Source of the DNA: Candidatus Poriferisocius sp.
GTDB lineage: Bacteria; Actinomycetota; Acidimicrobiia; Acidimicrobiales; Bin134
Direction of reading: 5' to 3'
Assembly: GCF_965208475.1 (NCBI RefSeq)
Contig: NZ_OZ242338.1
Span: 978,782 to 1,042,781 of the forward strand
DNA: 64,000 bases
A program made the position numbers and the translations under genes. Every line of letters starts with the position of its first letter. Position 1 is the stretch's first letter. The notes under the pieces were generated by a model that saw only the letters and a list, made by a program, of their open reading frames with translations, did no database searches and was not told where the DNA came from. This document shows, piece by piece, positions 1 to 10,235 of the stretch.

Positions 1-115
1 CGCCCACCTCGGTGACCCGCCCCACCTGGGCCAACTCGACCTCGGGCTGGAATCCCTCCAGGTTTCGGCGGATGGCCTCGGCGATAGCGCCAGTGTCGAT
101 GGTCAGCTCTGCCAT
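1..115 (-). CDS. atpA: F1 ATP synthase alpha subunit, first 38 codons only (gene continues past window start)
   Basis: Minus-strand ATG at 115..113 reads MAELTIDTGAIAEAIRRNLEGFQPEVELAQVGRVTEV, a canonical AtpA N-terminus. It follows atpH in operon order. Confidence 0.8.
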   Translation of the reverse strand, partial: MAELTIDTGAIAEAIRRNLEGFQPEVELAQVGRVTEVG

Positions 116-159
116 TGCTCTCCTCGGTAAGAAACGTTCATCAAATCAATCGCATCGGG

Positions 160-684
160 CTAGAAGGTGTCCCGAAGCTGGCTCAGGCGGTGGCGCACCG
201 ATCCGTCGATCACCTCGTCGCCGATGGTGGCCACCACGCCGCCCATGATGCTGGGATCGACGACCACCTTGATATCCACCTGATGGCCGGTGGCTGCGCT
301 CAGCGCGGCCGACAGCCTTCCAGCCTGGTCGTCGGTCAGCGCTACCGCAGTGCGCACCTCGGCCACCGAGCGGCCCCGGTCGCGGGCGTTGATCTCCACT
401 GCCTCTCGGGCGATGCCGATCAGATCGGAAGACCGCCCCGCGGCCACGATCATCGACACCACCGCGGTGGTGGTCTCCAACGCCTGGCCGCCCAGCAGGT
501 CTTCCACGATCTGCTGACGGCGCGCCGCGGGGACTTGCCGATCGGACAGCGTCATCCGCAGCTCATCGGAGCCCTCCAGCGCCCGAGCAACGCGGAAAAG
601 CTCGTCAGACACCACGTCGAGGTTGCCCTCGGCCCGGGCCACTGCGGCCACGGCGTCGGCGTAGCTGGCTGACCGTTCGGCCAT
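160..684 (-). CDS. atpH: ATP synthase delta (OSCP) subunit
   Basis: 174-aa ORF with an OSCP-like sequence (VVDPSIMGGVVATIGDEVIDGSVRHRL), located between atpF and atpA. Confidence 0.9.
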   Translation of the reverse strand: MAERSASYADAVAAVARAEGNLDVVSDELFRVARALEGSDELRMTLSDRQVPAARRQQIVEDLLGGQALETTTAVVSMIVAAGRSSDLIGIAREAVEINARDRGRSVAEVRTAVALTDDQAGRLSAALSAATGHQVDIKVVVDPSIMGGVVATIGDEVIDGSVRHRLSQLRDTF

Positions 685-688
685 GGCC

Positions 689-1743
<1,055 letters not shown>

Positions 1744-2508
1744 CTAGTGCTCGGGGTGTAGGGATCCGCCGATGTACACGGCGGTGAGAATGGTGAAGAT
1801 AAAGGCCTGAAGGGCCGAGACGAAGATCTCGAAGGCGGTGAGCAGGATCAGCGCGGCAAACGGCAGCACTGCGGGCACATACAGGGTTCCCCACAAAGCG
1901 GCCGACAGCACCGCGAAGGTCACCAGCAGCAAGTGGCCGGCCACCATGTTGGCCCAGAGCCGGATGGCCAGTGACAGCGGGCGGATCAACAGGATCTGGA
2001 GCAGCTCGATGGGCGCCACCAAGATGTACAGCGCCTTGGGCACCCCCGGCGGGAACAGCGCTCCCTTGAAATAGTGGTAGAAACCCTGAGCCCGGATACC
2101 GACGACGTGGTAGATGACCCACACCACCAGCGCCAGAGCCAGCGGAATGGCCATCTTCGAGTTGGCCGGGAACTGGATGAACGGGACGACCTCGAAGATG
2201 TTGCTGAAGAAGACGAAGAAGAACAGCGTGGTCAAAAAGGGCAGATACCGGCGGCCGTCGGGGCCGATGGTCTGCATGATGATGCTGTTCTCAACGAACT
2301 CGATCCCCGCTTCGGCCACCGTCTGCGCTCCGGTGGGCACCAGCGCCCGCCGTCGTCCCGCAGCCCAGAACAACCCGGCGGTAAGCAACGTCGCGACGAT
2401 GTAGATAAGCCCTGTCTTGTTGAGGGCCACCGGCGTGTCGGTGAACAAGAAGTCGGGCCATACGAACAGGTGCGAGACCGGGGGAAAATCCAGGGCAAAC
2501 ACGTTCAC
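1744..2508 (-). CDS. atpB: ATP synthase a subunit
   Basis: The C-terminal 254 codons of the 364-aa ORF are a-subunit-like (LSLAIRLWANMVAGHLLL). The GTG start at 2508 overlaps the atpI stop (GTGA). The upstream part of the ORF is overlapped by atpI in another frame. Confidence 0.88.
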   Translation of the reverse strand: MNVFALDFPPVSHLFVWPDFLFTDTPVALNKTGLIYIVATLLTAGLFWAAGRRRALVPTGAQTVAEAGIEFVENSIIMQTIGPDGRRYLPFLTTLFFFVFFSNIFEVVPFIQFPANSKMAIPLALALVVWVIYHVVGIRAQGFYHYFKGALFPPGVPKALYILVAPIELLQILLIRPLSLAIRLWANMVAGHLLLVTFAVLSAALWGTLYVPAVLPFAALILLTAFEIFVSALQAFIFTILTAVYIGGSLHPEH

Positions 2509-2951
2509 TGAGTGGCTCCTTGCGGCTTCAAGCCGGGATAGGCGAGGGACATGGAGACGTATCGGATCTCCCAAACCAGTGGAACAATATGGGCCGCGAC
2601 CAGCGTGATGGCAAACGGCAGCACCTCGAACCAGCCGGTATTCCGAACCAGGAAGTAGGCCCCGGTGATAATTCCCAGGCGGATGAAGTAGCCGCCCATC
2701 ACCCCGGCCATGAGCATGGTGGGCGAAATCCGCGTCGACCAGGTGATGAGCGAGGCGGCCAACCAGAAGTTGACCATGATCAGCCCGAAGATATAGCCGC
2801 TCGACCACAGGCCATCGAATCCCCACACCCCGGCGCACACTCCCACCAGCACCGGGCCGCCGATCAACCCCCGGCGAACTATGTCCTGGGCCAAGGCCCG
2901 CTCTGGGGCCTCCTCGCCTATTGCCGGAGTCTGAGCGGTCTGCTCAGCCAT
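2505..2951 (-). CDS. atpI: ATP synthase protein I
   Basis: 148-aa protein with 4 TM helices immediately upstream of atpB, the usual AtpI position. Confidence 0.7.
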   Translation of the reverse strand: MAEQTAQTPAIGEEAPERALAQDIVRRGLIGGPVLVGVCAGVWGFDGLWSSGYIFGLIMVNFWLAASLITWSTRISPTMLMAGVMGGYFIRLGIITGAYFLVRNTGWFEVLPFAITLVAAHIVPLVWEIRYVSMSLAYPGLKPQGATQ

Positions 2952-3222
2952 CGGCGGACTCCGGCTGAGACTCGGCCCGTCGACTGGGCAGATCGCGGTC
3001 GTAGGCCTCCATGCGCTCGCTATAGGCCCTCATGGCCTTCCACGAGGTGTAGGAAGCAGTTAACAGGCACAAGACCAGCGTGAAAATCGGCTGGGTGCCG
3101 AGGGCACGGTCGATGAGCCAGCCGAAGAAGGCGAACACCGCTGGCGTGGCCACCAACTCAAAGGCGATGGAAAGGGCATCTCCCGCGCTCTGGCGGTTGT
3201 GAAACTGGCGATTCTGCGTCAT
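2944..3222 (-). CDS. AtpZ/AtpR-like small membrane protein of the atp operon
   Basis: ATG at 3222 gives a 92-aa protein (MTQNRQFHNRQSAGDALSIAFELVATPAVFAFFGWLIDR...) with 2 TM helices. It overlaps the atpI start by 8 nt. The rest of the 345-aa ORF upstream is a GC-driven artefact overlapping wecA. Confidence 0.6.
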   Translation of the reverse strand: MTQNRQFHNRQSAGDALSIAFELVATPAVFAFFGWLIDRALGTQPIFTLVLCLLTASYTSWKAMRAYSERMEAYDRDLPSRRAESQPESADG

Positions 3223-3332
3223 TGCAGTTGGCACGGGTTGGACCCCTATGGCGAATGGATTGGCCTCGCCGAAATGGTTTCGCGAACCACGCTGCGGGGC
3301 CAAATCATCAGCCTGGCTGCCCGAAAAGCCGA

Positions 3333-4439
3333 TCAGGGGGTGCGGCGGCGCAGGATGGGGTGGAAGACGGTGTAGAGCAGCAACACCAGCGCCGCGGCGA
3401 CCGGGACAATGATCACCTCTCCCTCCCCGGTGTAGGTGGGGTACAGCACCAGCGTGGACATAAGGGCGGTAAACAGCCATAGGATCAGCACACTGCGGCG
3501 GTGGCCGTGGCCCAGGCTCATCAGGCGATGGTGCAGGTGCTCTTTGTCGGGGGCGGTGATGCTGGTGCGGGCCCGGGTGCGGCGCAGCACCGCCCACAGC
3601 ACGTCCACCACCGGCACGGCCAGGATGATCAGCGGTATGAGCATGGGGGCGAACAGGAAATAGGTCTGGCCGGCAAACGGCTCGCTGCTGCGCCCCCCCA
3701 CCGAAACCGTGGAAGCGGCCAAGAGCGTGCCCAGGAAATACGCCCCACCGTCGCCCATGAAGATGCGGGCCCGATGGAAGTTCTGGGGCAGAAAGCCCAC
3801 CGCCACCCCGCTGGCCACGATGGCCACCAGCGGCCCGATGTTGTTGGGCAAGAGCACCTCTTCGTCGGTGAGCTTGATGGAGTACACGAAGAACGTGAGC
3901 CCGGCGATGGCCACGATGCCCGCAGCCAGCCCGTCGAGGCCGTCGATCAGGTTGATGGCGTTGGCGATGGCCACCAGCCACAGCACCGTGACCACGAAGG
4001 CCAAGTCTTGGGAAAGAATCAGCGCATCCAACACCGGCAGCCTCAGGTTCAGCACCGTCACTCCGGCAAACGACAGGATGCTGCCGGCCAGCACCATCGA
4101 CGCCACTTTGGCCGGGGCCGACATCTCCCTCACGTCGTCATAGGTGCCGAACGCGATCATCACCAGCCCAGCGATCACGATGCCCACGGCCTCTGATGGG
4201 GTGGCGAACACCACGTCGAAATCGCTCAGCAGCCAGGCTGTGCCCATGGCCGACAGAAAGCCGAGGAACATGGCCACGCCGCCAAGCACCGCGGTGGATC
4301 GCTCGTGGACCCGACGGGCATCGGGCTCCACCATGAAACCCAAGCGCTCGCTGATCCCGCGGAACACCGGGGTGGCCACCAGCGTGACCCCCGCGGCTAC
4401 GACGAAGACAATGACGTAGCTGTCAAAACCGGGGGCCAT
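3333..4439 (-). CDS. wecA: Glycosyltransferase family 4 (undecaprenyl-phosphate GlcNAc-1-phosphate transferase, WecA/Rfe type)
   Basis: 368-aa polytopic protein with DDxxE-like (YDDVREM) and NLIDGLDGLA motifs. Its position upstream of the atp operon matches the mycobacterial rfe. Confidence 0.85.
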   Translation of the reverse strand: MAPGFDSYVIVFVVAAGVTLVATPVFRGISERLGFMVEPDARRVHERSTAVLGGVAMFLGFLSAMGTAWLLSDFDVVFATPSEAVGIVIAGLVMIAFGTYDDVREMSAPAKVASMVLAGSILSFAGVTVLNLRLPVLDALILSQDLAFVVTVLWLVAIANAINLIDGLDGLAAGIVAIAGLTFFVYSIKLTDEEVLLPNNIGPLVAIVASGVAVGFLPQNFHRARIFMGDGGAYFLGTLLAASTVSVGGRSSEPFAGQTYFLFAPMLIPLIILAVPVVDVLWAVLRRTRARTSITAPDKEHLHHRLMSLGHGHRRSVLILWLFTALMSTLVLYPTYTGEGEVIIVPVAAALVLLLYTVFHPILRRRTP

Positions 4440-4466
4440 GGCGTTGGCAGCCGCCCTTTTCGGCGC

Positions 4467-5714
4467 CTATCCGGCCAGTGAATAGGGGGTGAACCGCCGG
4501 CAGAGGTCGGCAACATCGGATCGGACGTCGGCCACTGTGCCCTCGTCGTCGCGCTGGCGCAGGGTCCGGCCGATCATGGCCGCGATGAGGCCCATCTCCG
4601 CTGGGCCCATGCCCTGTGTGGTGGTGGCCGGCGTGCCGATCCGCACGCCGCTGGTCACGAACGGGGAGCGGGGGTCGTCGGGCACGGTGTTCTTGTTGAG
4701 GGTGATGCCCGCCCGGTCGAGCACCTCTTGGGCCACCTTGCCGGTTAGCTCCTCGTCGAAGGCCCGCAGATCCACCAGTAGAAGGTGGTTGTCGCTGCCC
4801 CCCGATACCAGGCGGAATCCCTCTTCGGCCAGACCCTTCACCAGTGCCCCGCTGTTGCGCACGATGCGGGCTGCGTAGTCGGCGAACTCGGGGCTGGCCG
4901 CCTCGCTGAAGGCCACCGCCTTGGCTGCGATCACATGCTCCAGGGGCCCGCCTTGGAGCCCGGGGAACAGGGCTTTGTCGATGGCCGGAGCCAGATCTTG
5001 CGTACACAGGATGGCCCCACCCCGGGGGCCGCGCAGCGTTTTGTGGGTGGTGAAGGTGACGATGTCTGAATGGGGCACTGGATTGGGGTGGGCGCCGCCG
5101 GCGATGAGCCCTGCGATGTGGGCCGCGTCGAACATGAACAGGGCACCCACTTCGTCGGCGATTGAGCGGAACGGGGCCGGATCGATGATGCGGGGATAGG
5201 CGGTGGCGCCGGCCACGATGAGCTTGGGCCGGTGCTCGATGGCCAGATCCCGCACTTGGTCGTAGTCGATGCGCTCATCGCTAGGGGTGACTCCGTAGGC
5301 CACAAACCGGTAGGTGCGACCGCTGATGTTCACCGGGGAGCCGTGGGTGAGGTGGCCACCGTGGTCCAGGCTCATGCCCAGCACGGTGTCGCCTGCCTCC
5401 AGCACGGCCAGGTACGCCGCCACGTTGGCGTTGGCCCCCGAATGGGGCTGCACATTGGCGTGGTCGGCCCCGAACAGGGCGGTGGCCCGCTCTCGGGCGA
5501 TGGACTCCACCTCGTCGATCACCATGTTGCCGCCGTAGTAGCGACGTCCGGGATACCCCTCGCTGTACTTGTTGGTGAGCACCGACCCGGTAGCGCTCAG
5601 CACCGCGGGTGAGGTGAAGTTCTCCGAAGCGATGAGCTGCACGGTGGTGTTCTGGCGCTCCTCCTCCCGGCGGACCATGTCGAACACCGGGTCGCCGCTG
5701 CTGTCTGGCCACAT
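4467..5714 (-). CDS. glyA: Serine hydroxymethyltransferase
   Basis: [25 protein letters not shown] and [12 protein letters not shown] motifs. ATG at 5714 (GTG at 5717 is the alternative), preceded by GAAGAGG. Confidence 0.95.
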   Translation of the reverse strand: MWPDSSGDPVFDMVRREEERQNTTVQLIASENFTSPAVLSATGSVLTNKYSEGYPGRRYYGGNMVIDEVESIARERATALFGADHANVQPHSGANANVAAYLAVLEAGDTVLGMSLDHGGHLTHGSPVNISGRTYRFVAYGVTPSDERIDYDQVRDLAIEHRPKLIVAGATAYPRIIDPAPFRSIADEVGALFMFDAAHIAGLIAGGAHPNPVPHSDIVTFTTHKTLRGPRGGAILCTQDLAPAIDKALFPGLQGGPLEHVIAAKAVAFSEAASPEFADYAARIVRNSGALVKGLAEEGFRLVSGGSDNHLLLVDLRAFDEELTGKVAQEVLDRAGITLNKNTVPDDPRSPFVTSGVRIGTPATTTQGMGPAEMGLIAAMIGRTLRQRDDEGTVADVRSDVADLCRRFTPYSLAG

Positions 5715-5721
5715 CACTGCG

Positions 5722-5772
5722 CTACCTCTTCCTTGGGCTACTGGGCGTGGATTCGCTGCTGTCTGGCCACAT
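5722..5772 (-). other. 16-codon upstream ORF ([16 protein letters not shown]) created by duplication of the glyA start region
   Basis: Its ATG overlaps the rpiB stop (TGATG). The first 6 codons are identical to glyA. Its TAG stop lies 7 nt before the glyA ATG, inside the glyA Shine-Dalgarno region. Confidence 0.5.
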
Positions 5773-6239
5773 CAAAGTGCTACCCCTCTTGTGGGCAACA
5801 GGGCGTCGATCTTGGCTACCCGCGCAACGTGGCGGCCCTGCTCGAAGGAGGCCCCAAGAAATGCGTCCAGGGCCTCCCGGGCCGCTTCCGGGCCGATCAG
5901 CCTCTCTCCCAGACAGATCACGTTGGCGTCGTTGTGCTCGCGGGTCAGCCGGGCTGAGGTCACATCGTGAGCGGTGCCCGCACGCACGCCGGGCACCTTG
6001 TTGGCCGCCATGGCGATGCCTATGCCGGTGCCGCAGACGCACAGGCCCAGCTCGACCTCGCCGGCGGCCACCTTGCGGGCTACTGCCTCGCCGTAGTCGG
6101 GATAGTCCACCCGGTCGGTGCCGTGGGTGCCGCAGTCCAACACCTCGTGTCCCGTGTCCCGCAAGTGGGCCACCAGCACATCTTTCAACTGCACGCCAGC
6201 GTGGTCGGCTCCGGCGGCGATTCGAGCCATGGGCCTCAA
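5772..6239 (-). CDS. rpiB: Ribose-5-phosphate isomerase B
   Basis: 155-aa ORF with IAAGADHAG and CGTGIGIAMAANK motifs typical of RpiB/LacAB. Confidence 0.9.
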   Translation of the reverse strand: MRPMARIAAGADHAGVQLKDVLVAHLRDTGHEVLDCGTHGTDRVDYPDYGEAVARKVAAGEVELGLCVCGTGIGIAMAANKVPGVRAGTAHDVTSARLTREHNDANVICLGERLIGPEAAREALDAFLGASFEQGRHVARVAKIDALLPTRGVAL

Positions 6240-6324
6240 TCTACCCAGCCCGCGGTCTGATTGATGACTCTTTGCCGCGATCTTCCTGCCCCATCGTTCT
6301 GCCCTTGTTCTTGCCTGATGCCGC

Positions 6325-7377
6325 TCAGGTGAATGAGATCGGCGATTGCAACCACCAAGGCCAGTCGCTGGTCCTTACCTCGGTCACCCACTTCACCCAC
6401 CAGAGCCCCCTCCGACCGGGGGCCACCAGCCGGACCGGGGCGCCGTGGCCCCGCGACAGGGGTTTTCCGCCCAGCTTGTGGGCCAACATCATCTTGTCGG
6501 CGTCGCCGAGGGGGAAGCGGCGGGTGTACCCGGTAGCCGAGCGCACCTCCAGGCTGCGGCCAGCGGCCCCCGGACCGAGAAGGTCGGACAGCATGACGCC
6601 GGTCCAGTCCTGCGTGCTGTACCACCCGTTGGTGCAGTCCAGCGTTGCCTCCCTGGTAGTGGTGTGGGCAGCAAGCTCCTCATAGTCCACATCTCGCTCA
6701 ACCGATCCCCGCAGGCGGAGCACCCAGTCGGCCGGGTCGATGCGAGGGGGCGAGTCGTTGAACCATTGCACCACCGGCATCTCCCCAGGCTGGCCCGAGC
6801 CCACTTCATGCGAGCCGGTGAAGCGCCGGTCGGCTGCGGCCCATCGGTCGAAGACCGAGTGAAGCCCGAAGGCGATCCCGGCCACTCCCAGCGCTTGCAG
6901 CCATGTGCGCCGGGAGAGGTCCACCGGGCGGACCCGTTGAGGACGGGTCACGACGTGCAGCATCGCCAGGGGCGCGGCGCCGATGGCGAACACGACGTGC
7001 AGGCCGATAGGCGACCACAAGCCGAACGGGGCCCAAACATTCAGCGTGTGGATCAACCCGGTGATCAGCGCGCCGGTGACCATCGCGGCCAGCGCAACGG
7101 AGGCCAAGCGGTTGGGACGGCGGCGACTGAGGCCGCGTTGCACAACCGGCGACTTGGGACGGGCCAAAACCAGAACGACGAATCCAAGCACGCCATGGAG
7201 GGTCACGAGCCACGCGGAGGCGGAGCTCCCGAGCAAGAATGAGGCCCCACCGGTTACCAAGATCAATGTCAGCGTTATCAGCAGTGCCAAGTTGGTTTTG
7301 CGACCTGATGCATTGGACCTGCGGTCTCGCGGATTGGTCTTGCGACCTCGGGAAGCGGGGCTTCCGGGCCGGTTCAT
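6325..7377 (-). CDS. Membrane-anchored molybdopterin-dependent oxidoreductase (sulfite-oxidase/YedY fold)
   Basis: The N-terminal ~170 aa contain several TM helices. The C-terminal domain has CTNGWYSTQDWTGV and GAPVRLVAPGRRGLWWVKWV, characteristic of the Mo-co binding domain. Confidence 0.75.
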   Translation of the reverse strand: MNRPGSPASRGRKTNPRDRRSNASGRKTNLALLITLTLILVTGGASFLLGSSASAWLVTLHGVLGFVVLVLARPKSPVVQRGLSRRRPNRLASVALAAMVTGALITGLIHTLNVWAPFGLWSPIGLHVVFAIGAAPLAMLHVVTRPQRVRPVDLSRRTWLQALGVAGIAFGLHSVFDRWAAADRRFTGSHEVGSGQPGEMPVVQWFNDSPPRIDPADWVLRLRGSVERDVDYEELAAHTTTREATLDCTNGWYSTQDWTGVMLSDLLGPGAAGRSLEVRSATGYTRRFPLGDADKMMLAHKLGGKPLSRGHGAPVRLVAPGRRGLWWVKWVTEVRTSDWPWWLQSPISFT

Positions 7378-7913
7378 TAGACGATCCCATTCACGTCAAC
7401 GGCCCCCTGGCGAAGGATGGAGAGCCCAGTTTCGGTGACCTCTACGACGGTAGAGGGCGGGGATTGGAGCCTGCCGCCGTCGATCACCAGTTGCACGGTA
7501 GGAAATGCGGCGGCGGCCTCGGTTGCGGTATGGGGGGTGGGGTGGCCGCTCAGGTTGGCGCTGGTGGTGGCGATCGGGCCGACCGCGGAGGCCAAAGCCT
7601 GTACCAGCGGGTGGTCGGGGCAGCGCACCCCCCAGCCGTCTTGGACGATGGTGAGCGCTCCCGGCCAGCACTCATCCATGAGCCGACTGGTGGCGGGAAG
7701 CGGATCGAAAAGGCTCTCGGCGTCGGCCGGGCGGGCCACAAGGATGGCCACGGCTTTGTGGGAAGGGCGCTGTTTGAGCTCGAACAGCAGGTCGACATTC
7801 TCCGGCAGGGCAGCCAGCCCGTACACCGTGTCGGTGGGGATTATCACGGCCCGGCCCGCCCTCAACTCGGCTGTGGCCATCTCCACCAACTCGGCCGGGC
7901 TGCCCGCGCTCAT
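7377..7913 (-). CDS. tsaC: L-threonylcarbamoyladenylate synthase (TsaC/YwlC/Sua5 domain)
   Basis: TDTVYGLAA, KQRPSHKAVAILV and TSANLSGHP motifs. Same position as Rv1301 after prmC. Confidence 0.88.
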   Translation of the reverse strand: MSAGSPAELVEMATAELRAGRAVIIPTDTVYGLAALPENVDLLFELKQRPSHKAVAILVARPADAESLFDPLPATSRLMDECWPGALTIVQDGWGVRCPDHPLVQALASAVGPIATTSANLSGHPTPHTATEAAAAFPTVQLVIDGGRLQSPPSTVVEVTETGLSILRQGAVDVNGIV

Positions 7914-7959
7914 CGGGTTCCGCCCGCGCTCATCGGGTTCCGCCCGCGCTCATCGGTTC
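7901..7959. repeat. Three tandem copies of a 20-bp unit (cgcccgcgctcatcgggttc) spanning the prmC stop and tsaC start
   Basis: Copies at 7901-7920 and 7921-7940 differ only at the first base. The copy at 7941-7959 lacks one g. Each copy contains a minus-strand ATGA stop/start overlap. Confidence 0.9.
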
Positions 7960-8828
7960 CGGCATTGCAGCACCCGGTTTCTGCCGGCCAAATCAGCGTG
8001 GACTGCCTCTACGGCCAGCCCGCCGGCGCCCGCGATGGCCGCGGCCCCGTCCATCTGATCGGGCGACAATTCCAACAGCACTGCTCCCCCGGGACTCAGC
8101 CATCTGCCGGCGTCGGCCAGAATGTGGCGGGCGCCGTCGAGACCGTCGGGTCCGCCCCGCAGTGCCAGTGCGGGCTCCCAATCGGCCACGTCGGCAGGAA
8201 GCGCCTCATCGTCTCGAATGTATGGCGGGTTGCTCACCACCACATCTACCGACCCAACCAAAGACTCGGGCAAAGCCTCGTACCATGATCCTTGGAAAGC
8301 CGACACCCGTACCGCGGCCCGTCCCAGTCCGGCCAGGTTGGCGCGGGCCACGGCCAGCGCGTCGGGCGATGCGTCGGTCAGCACCACTTGTGCAGTGTCG
8401 CACTCCACAGCCACCGCCAGGCCCACAGCCCCGCTGCCCGTGCCGAGGTCCACCACCACGCCGCCGGGCGGGTCGCGGCGGGCGAGGTCGGCGATGGCCA
8501 ATCCGGCTAACGTCTCCGTCTCGGGACGGGGAATGAGCACCGCGGGGCTGACCATTAGATCCAAGCCTCGAAACCCCCAGCGGCCAAGCACATACTGCAA
8601 CGGCTCCCCCGCCATTCGGCGGGCCAGCATCGAGTCGAGATAGGCCATCTGCGGTTGGGTTGGCGCCTTGGTCAGCCCTGCGTAGTACTCGCCACCCTCG
8701 TACCCCGAGGCCTGCTCTGTCATTCGGCGGGCCTGCGCCTCGGCATCGGCCACACCAGCCTGGCCCAGGCGCCGGGTGGCGTCGGCCACCACATCGCCCC
8801 AGACAACATGCTGGGCCGCCAAGCTCAC
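7950..8828 (-). CDS. prmC: Release-factor glutamine N5-methyltransferase
   Basis: VDLGTGSGAVG SAM motif and VVSNPPYI catalytic NPPY motif. Overlaps the prfA stop. Confidence 0.9.
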   Translation of the reverse strand: MSLAAQHVVWGDVVADATRRLGQAGVADAEAQARRMTEQASGYEGGEYYAGLTKAPTQPQMAYLDSMLARRMAGEPLQYVLGRWGFRGLDLMVSPAVLIPRPETETLAGLAIADLARRDPPGGVVVDLGTGSGAVGLAVAVECDTAQVVLTDASPDALAVARANLAGLGRAAVRVSAFQGSWYEALPESLVGSVDVVVSNPPYIRDDEALPADVADWEPALALRGGPDGLDGARHILADAGRWLSPGGAVLLELSPDQMDGAAAIAGAGGLAVEAVHADLAGRNRVLQCRNR

Positions 8829-9892
8829 GACCCGGCCAGGTTTTCCTGGCGTTCGGCCTCGGCTAGGGCGGCCACCACCTGGTCCATGTCACCAGCCAGG
8901 ATGCGATCCAGCTTGTACAGGGTGAGGCCGATGCGATGGTCGGAGACCCGGTTCTCCTTGAAGTTGTAGGTGCGAATCTTCTCTGACCGGCCCCCGCCTC
9001 CCACTTGGCCCCGGCGCCGCTCCGACAACTCGTCTTGGCGGCGCTGCTGCTCAGCTTGGAGCAGCCGGGCCCGCAGCACGGCCATGGCCTTGTTGCGGTT
9101 CTGGAGCTGGCTCTTCTCATCCTGCATGGACACCACCATCCCGGTGGGCTTGTGGGTGATGCGTACTGCGGAGTCGGTGGTGTTCACCGACTGCCCCCCC
9201 GGCCCCGATGATCGGTAGACGTCGACCTGGAGGTCTTTCTCATCGATTTGGACCTCCACTTCCTCGGCTTCGGGCAGCACCGCCACGGTGGCCGATGATG
9301 TGTGTACCCGGCCCTGCGATTCGGTGACCGGCACCCGCTGCACCCGGTGGGGGCCGCCTTCGAACTTCATCTTGCGCCACACCTCCTCGCCCCGAAGCAT
9401 GAACACCACATCGGTGTATCCCCCCATGTCGGAGTTCTGGGCGCTCATCATCTCCACTTCCCAGCGGTTCTGCCCGGCGAAGGCCTGGTACATGTCGAAC
9501 AGGTCGCGGGCGAATAGGTTGGCCTCCTCACCCCCCTCGGCCCCCTTGATCTCCACTATCACGTTCTTGCCGTCGTTGGGATCTTTCGGGGCCATCAGTT
9601 CAGCTAGCTCGGCCGTTAGCCCGTCAGAGGCGGCGGCCGCCTCTTCGATCTCGGCTTCCAGGAGTTCCCGCTCGTCGGCATCGGCCTCGGCCAGCATCTC
9701 GTTAGCCGCCTCTATGTCTTCCCGATGACCCCGCAGCTCTCGAATGCGGGCAGCCTTGGCCTCCAGTTCCTTGTAGCGCCGAGCCACGGCGGCATAGCCG
9801 TCTCGATCGGCCAGCAGCTCCGGGTCGGCTAGCTGCTTCTCGAGCGCGTTGAACTCCGCCTCAATCTCCTCGTAGGCAGAGTTTCGGTCCAT
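8825..9892 (-). CDS. prfA: Peptide chain release factor 1
   Basis: [19 protein letters not shown] (GGQ motif) and a PVT tripeptide ([13 protein letters not shown], the RF1 PxT position). Confidence 0.95.
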   Translation of the reverse strand: MDRNSAYEEIEAEFNALEKQLADPELLADRDGYAAVARRYKELEAKAARIRELRGHREDIEAANEMLAEADADERELLEAEIEEAAAASDGLTAELAELMAPKDPNDGKNVIVEIKGAEGGEEANLFARDLFDMYQAFAGQNRWEVEMMSAQNSDMGGYTDVVFMLRGEEVWRKMKFEGGPHRVQRVPVTESQGRVHTSSATVAVLPEAEEVEVQIDEKDLQVDVYRSSGPGGQSVNTTDSAVRITHKPTGMVVSMQDEKSQLQNRNKAMAVLRARLLQAEQQRRQDELSERRRGQVGGGGRSEKIRTYNFKENRVSDHRIGLTLYKLDRILAGDMDQVVAALAEAERQENLAGS

Positions 9893-9961
9893 GCCTTCAA
9901 GCTACCCTCAGGCAGGCTTGGGGAGGGTACAGAAAAGGGAGGGCAGCGCGCGGACTCGGCC

Positions 9962-10222
9962 CTATTTGGACGAGCGCTTGCGGTGGCCGTAGCGGCGCTC
10001 GAAGCGCTCCACCCGTCCAGCGGTGTCCACGATGGTCATCTGGCCGGTGAAAAACGGGTGGCTGGCGCTGGAGATCCCCACTTTGGCCAATGGGTACTCG
10101 TTGCCGTCCTCCCATACCACAGTCTCGGAGGTATCGATGGTGGAGCGGGTCAGAAAGGACGTGCCCGCGGAGGTGTCCTGGAACACCACCAAGCGGTACT
10201 CGGGATGGATATCGGGCTTCAT
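9962..10222 (-). CDS. rpmE: 50S ribosomal protein L31, type B (no CxxC zinc motif)
   Basis: MKPDIHPEY start and HPFFTG motif. There are no cysteines in the ORF. Confidence 0.9.
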   Translation of the reverse strand: MKPDIHPEYRLVVFQDTSAGTSFLTRSTIDTSETVVWEDGNEYPLAKVGISSASHPFFTGQMTIVDTAGRVERFERRYGHRKRSSK

Positions 10223-10235
10223 GGGTCTCCTAGCC

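Noticed and set aside
2944-3981. 345-aa ORF spanning the wecA 3' half and the atp upstream region.
   Set aside because: Upstream of the ATG at 3222 the translation is Arg/Gly/His-rich nonsense and overlaps the well-supported wecA frame. Only the last 92 codons were kept.
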